A stretch of DNA of 35,789 nucleotides from an uncultured beta proteobacterium (GTDB lineage: Bacteria > Pseudomonadota > Gammaproteobacteria > Burkholderiales > Burkholderiaceae_C), in contig CAIOLZ010000304.1 in the NCBI GenBank assembly GCA_903859265.1, positions 1 through 35,789 of the forward strand, given 5' to 3'. Both the position numbers and the translations under genes were made by a program. Within the stretch, counting starts at the first letter, position 1, and the number at the start of each line of letters is the position of its first letter. Shown here in pieces: positions 35,699-35,789 of this stretch. Under the pieces are notes generated by a model. The model had not been told where the DNA came from, did not search any database, and worked only from the letters and a program-made list of their open reading frames with translations.

Positions 35699-35789
35699 GG
35701 ACGTGCGCTTGCGGTTGGGTCACACTCAAGGCGCTGCCAAACCGGAGCTTTTCAGGGTACCTCAATGGGTGAAACAAGGCTTCCAAAGC

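Noticed and set aside
1-35789. The recurring palindrome as REP elements or CRISPR repeats; tRNA, rRNA and IS elements
   Set aside because: Copies are short, dispersed, variable in the spacer and located upstream of starts, not after stops. No array, cas gene, transposase or structured RNA gene was recognised by eye.

Overview
GC-rich betaproteobacterial chromosomal window (Comamonadaceae/Rhodoferax-like, inferred from gene content). It has three parts. (1) 1-8.4 kb: a cluster of small envelope and general-stress genes (Ysc84/SYLF, DUF4398, OmpA, RcnB, beta-barrel, eRF1-domain-2-like protein, fatty-acid hydroxylase, CbpA-like DnaJ, ElaB/YqjE-like) around a Crp/Fnr-family regulator and a GGDEF cyclase. 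(2) 8.5-17.2 kb: a 2902-aa cyclic beta-1,2-glucan synthase. (3) 17.2-34.8 kb: an exosortase-B/PEP-CTERM (EpsA-B-L-D-E-F-G-H-I) exopolysaccharide locus joined to xanthan-like gumE/H/K/M genes, a GH5, an acyltransferase, a CugP-like nucleotidyltransferase and a PEP-CTERM protein, followed by DUF3309. The main hidden signal is a 14-bp palindrome, GTNCG-N4-CGNAC, found in nearly every promoter-bearing intergenic gap. I count 9 good and 3 degenerate copies. In 10 of the 12 the box lies exactly 22 bp upstream of a -10-like hexamer (centre about -41.5, class II CRP geometry); the other two are at 21 and 23 bp. One copy precedes the Crp gene itself. This points to an autoregulated Crp-family stress/osmoprotection/EPS regulon with a non-canonical CRP box. 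No RNA genes, CRISPR arrays or mobile elements were recognised.
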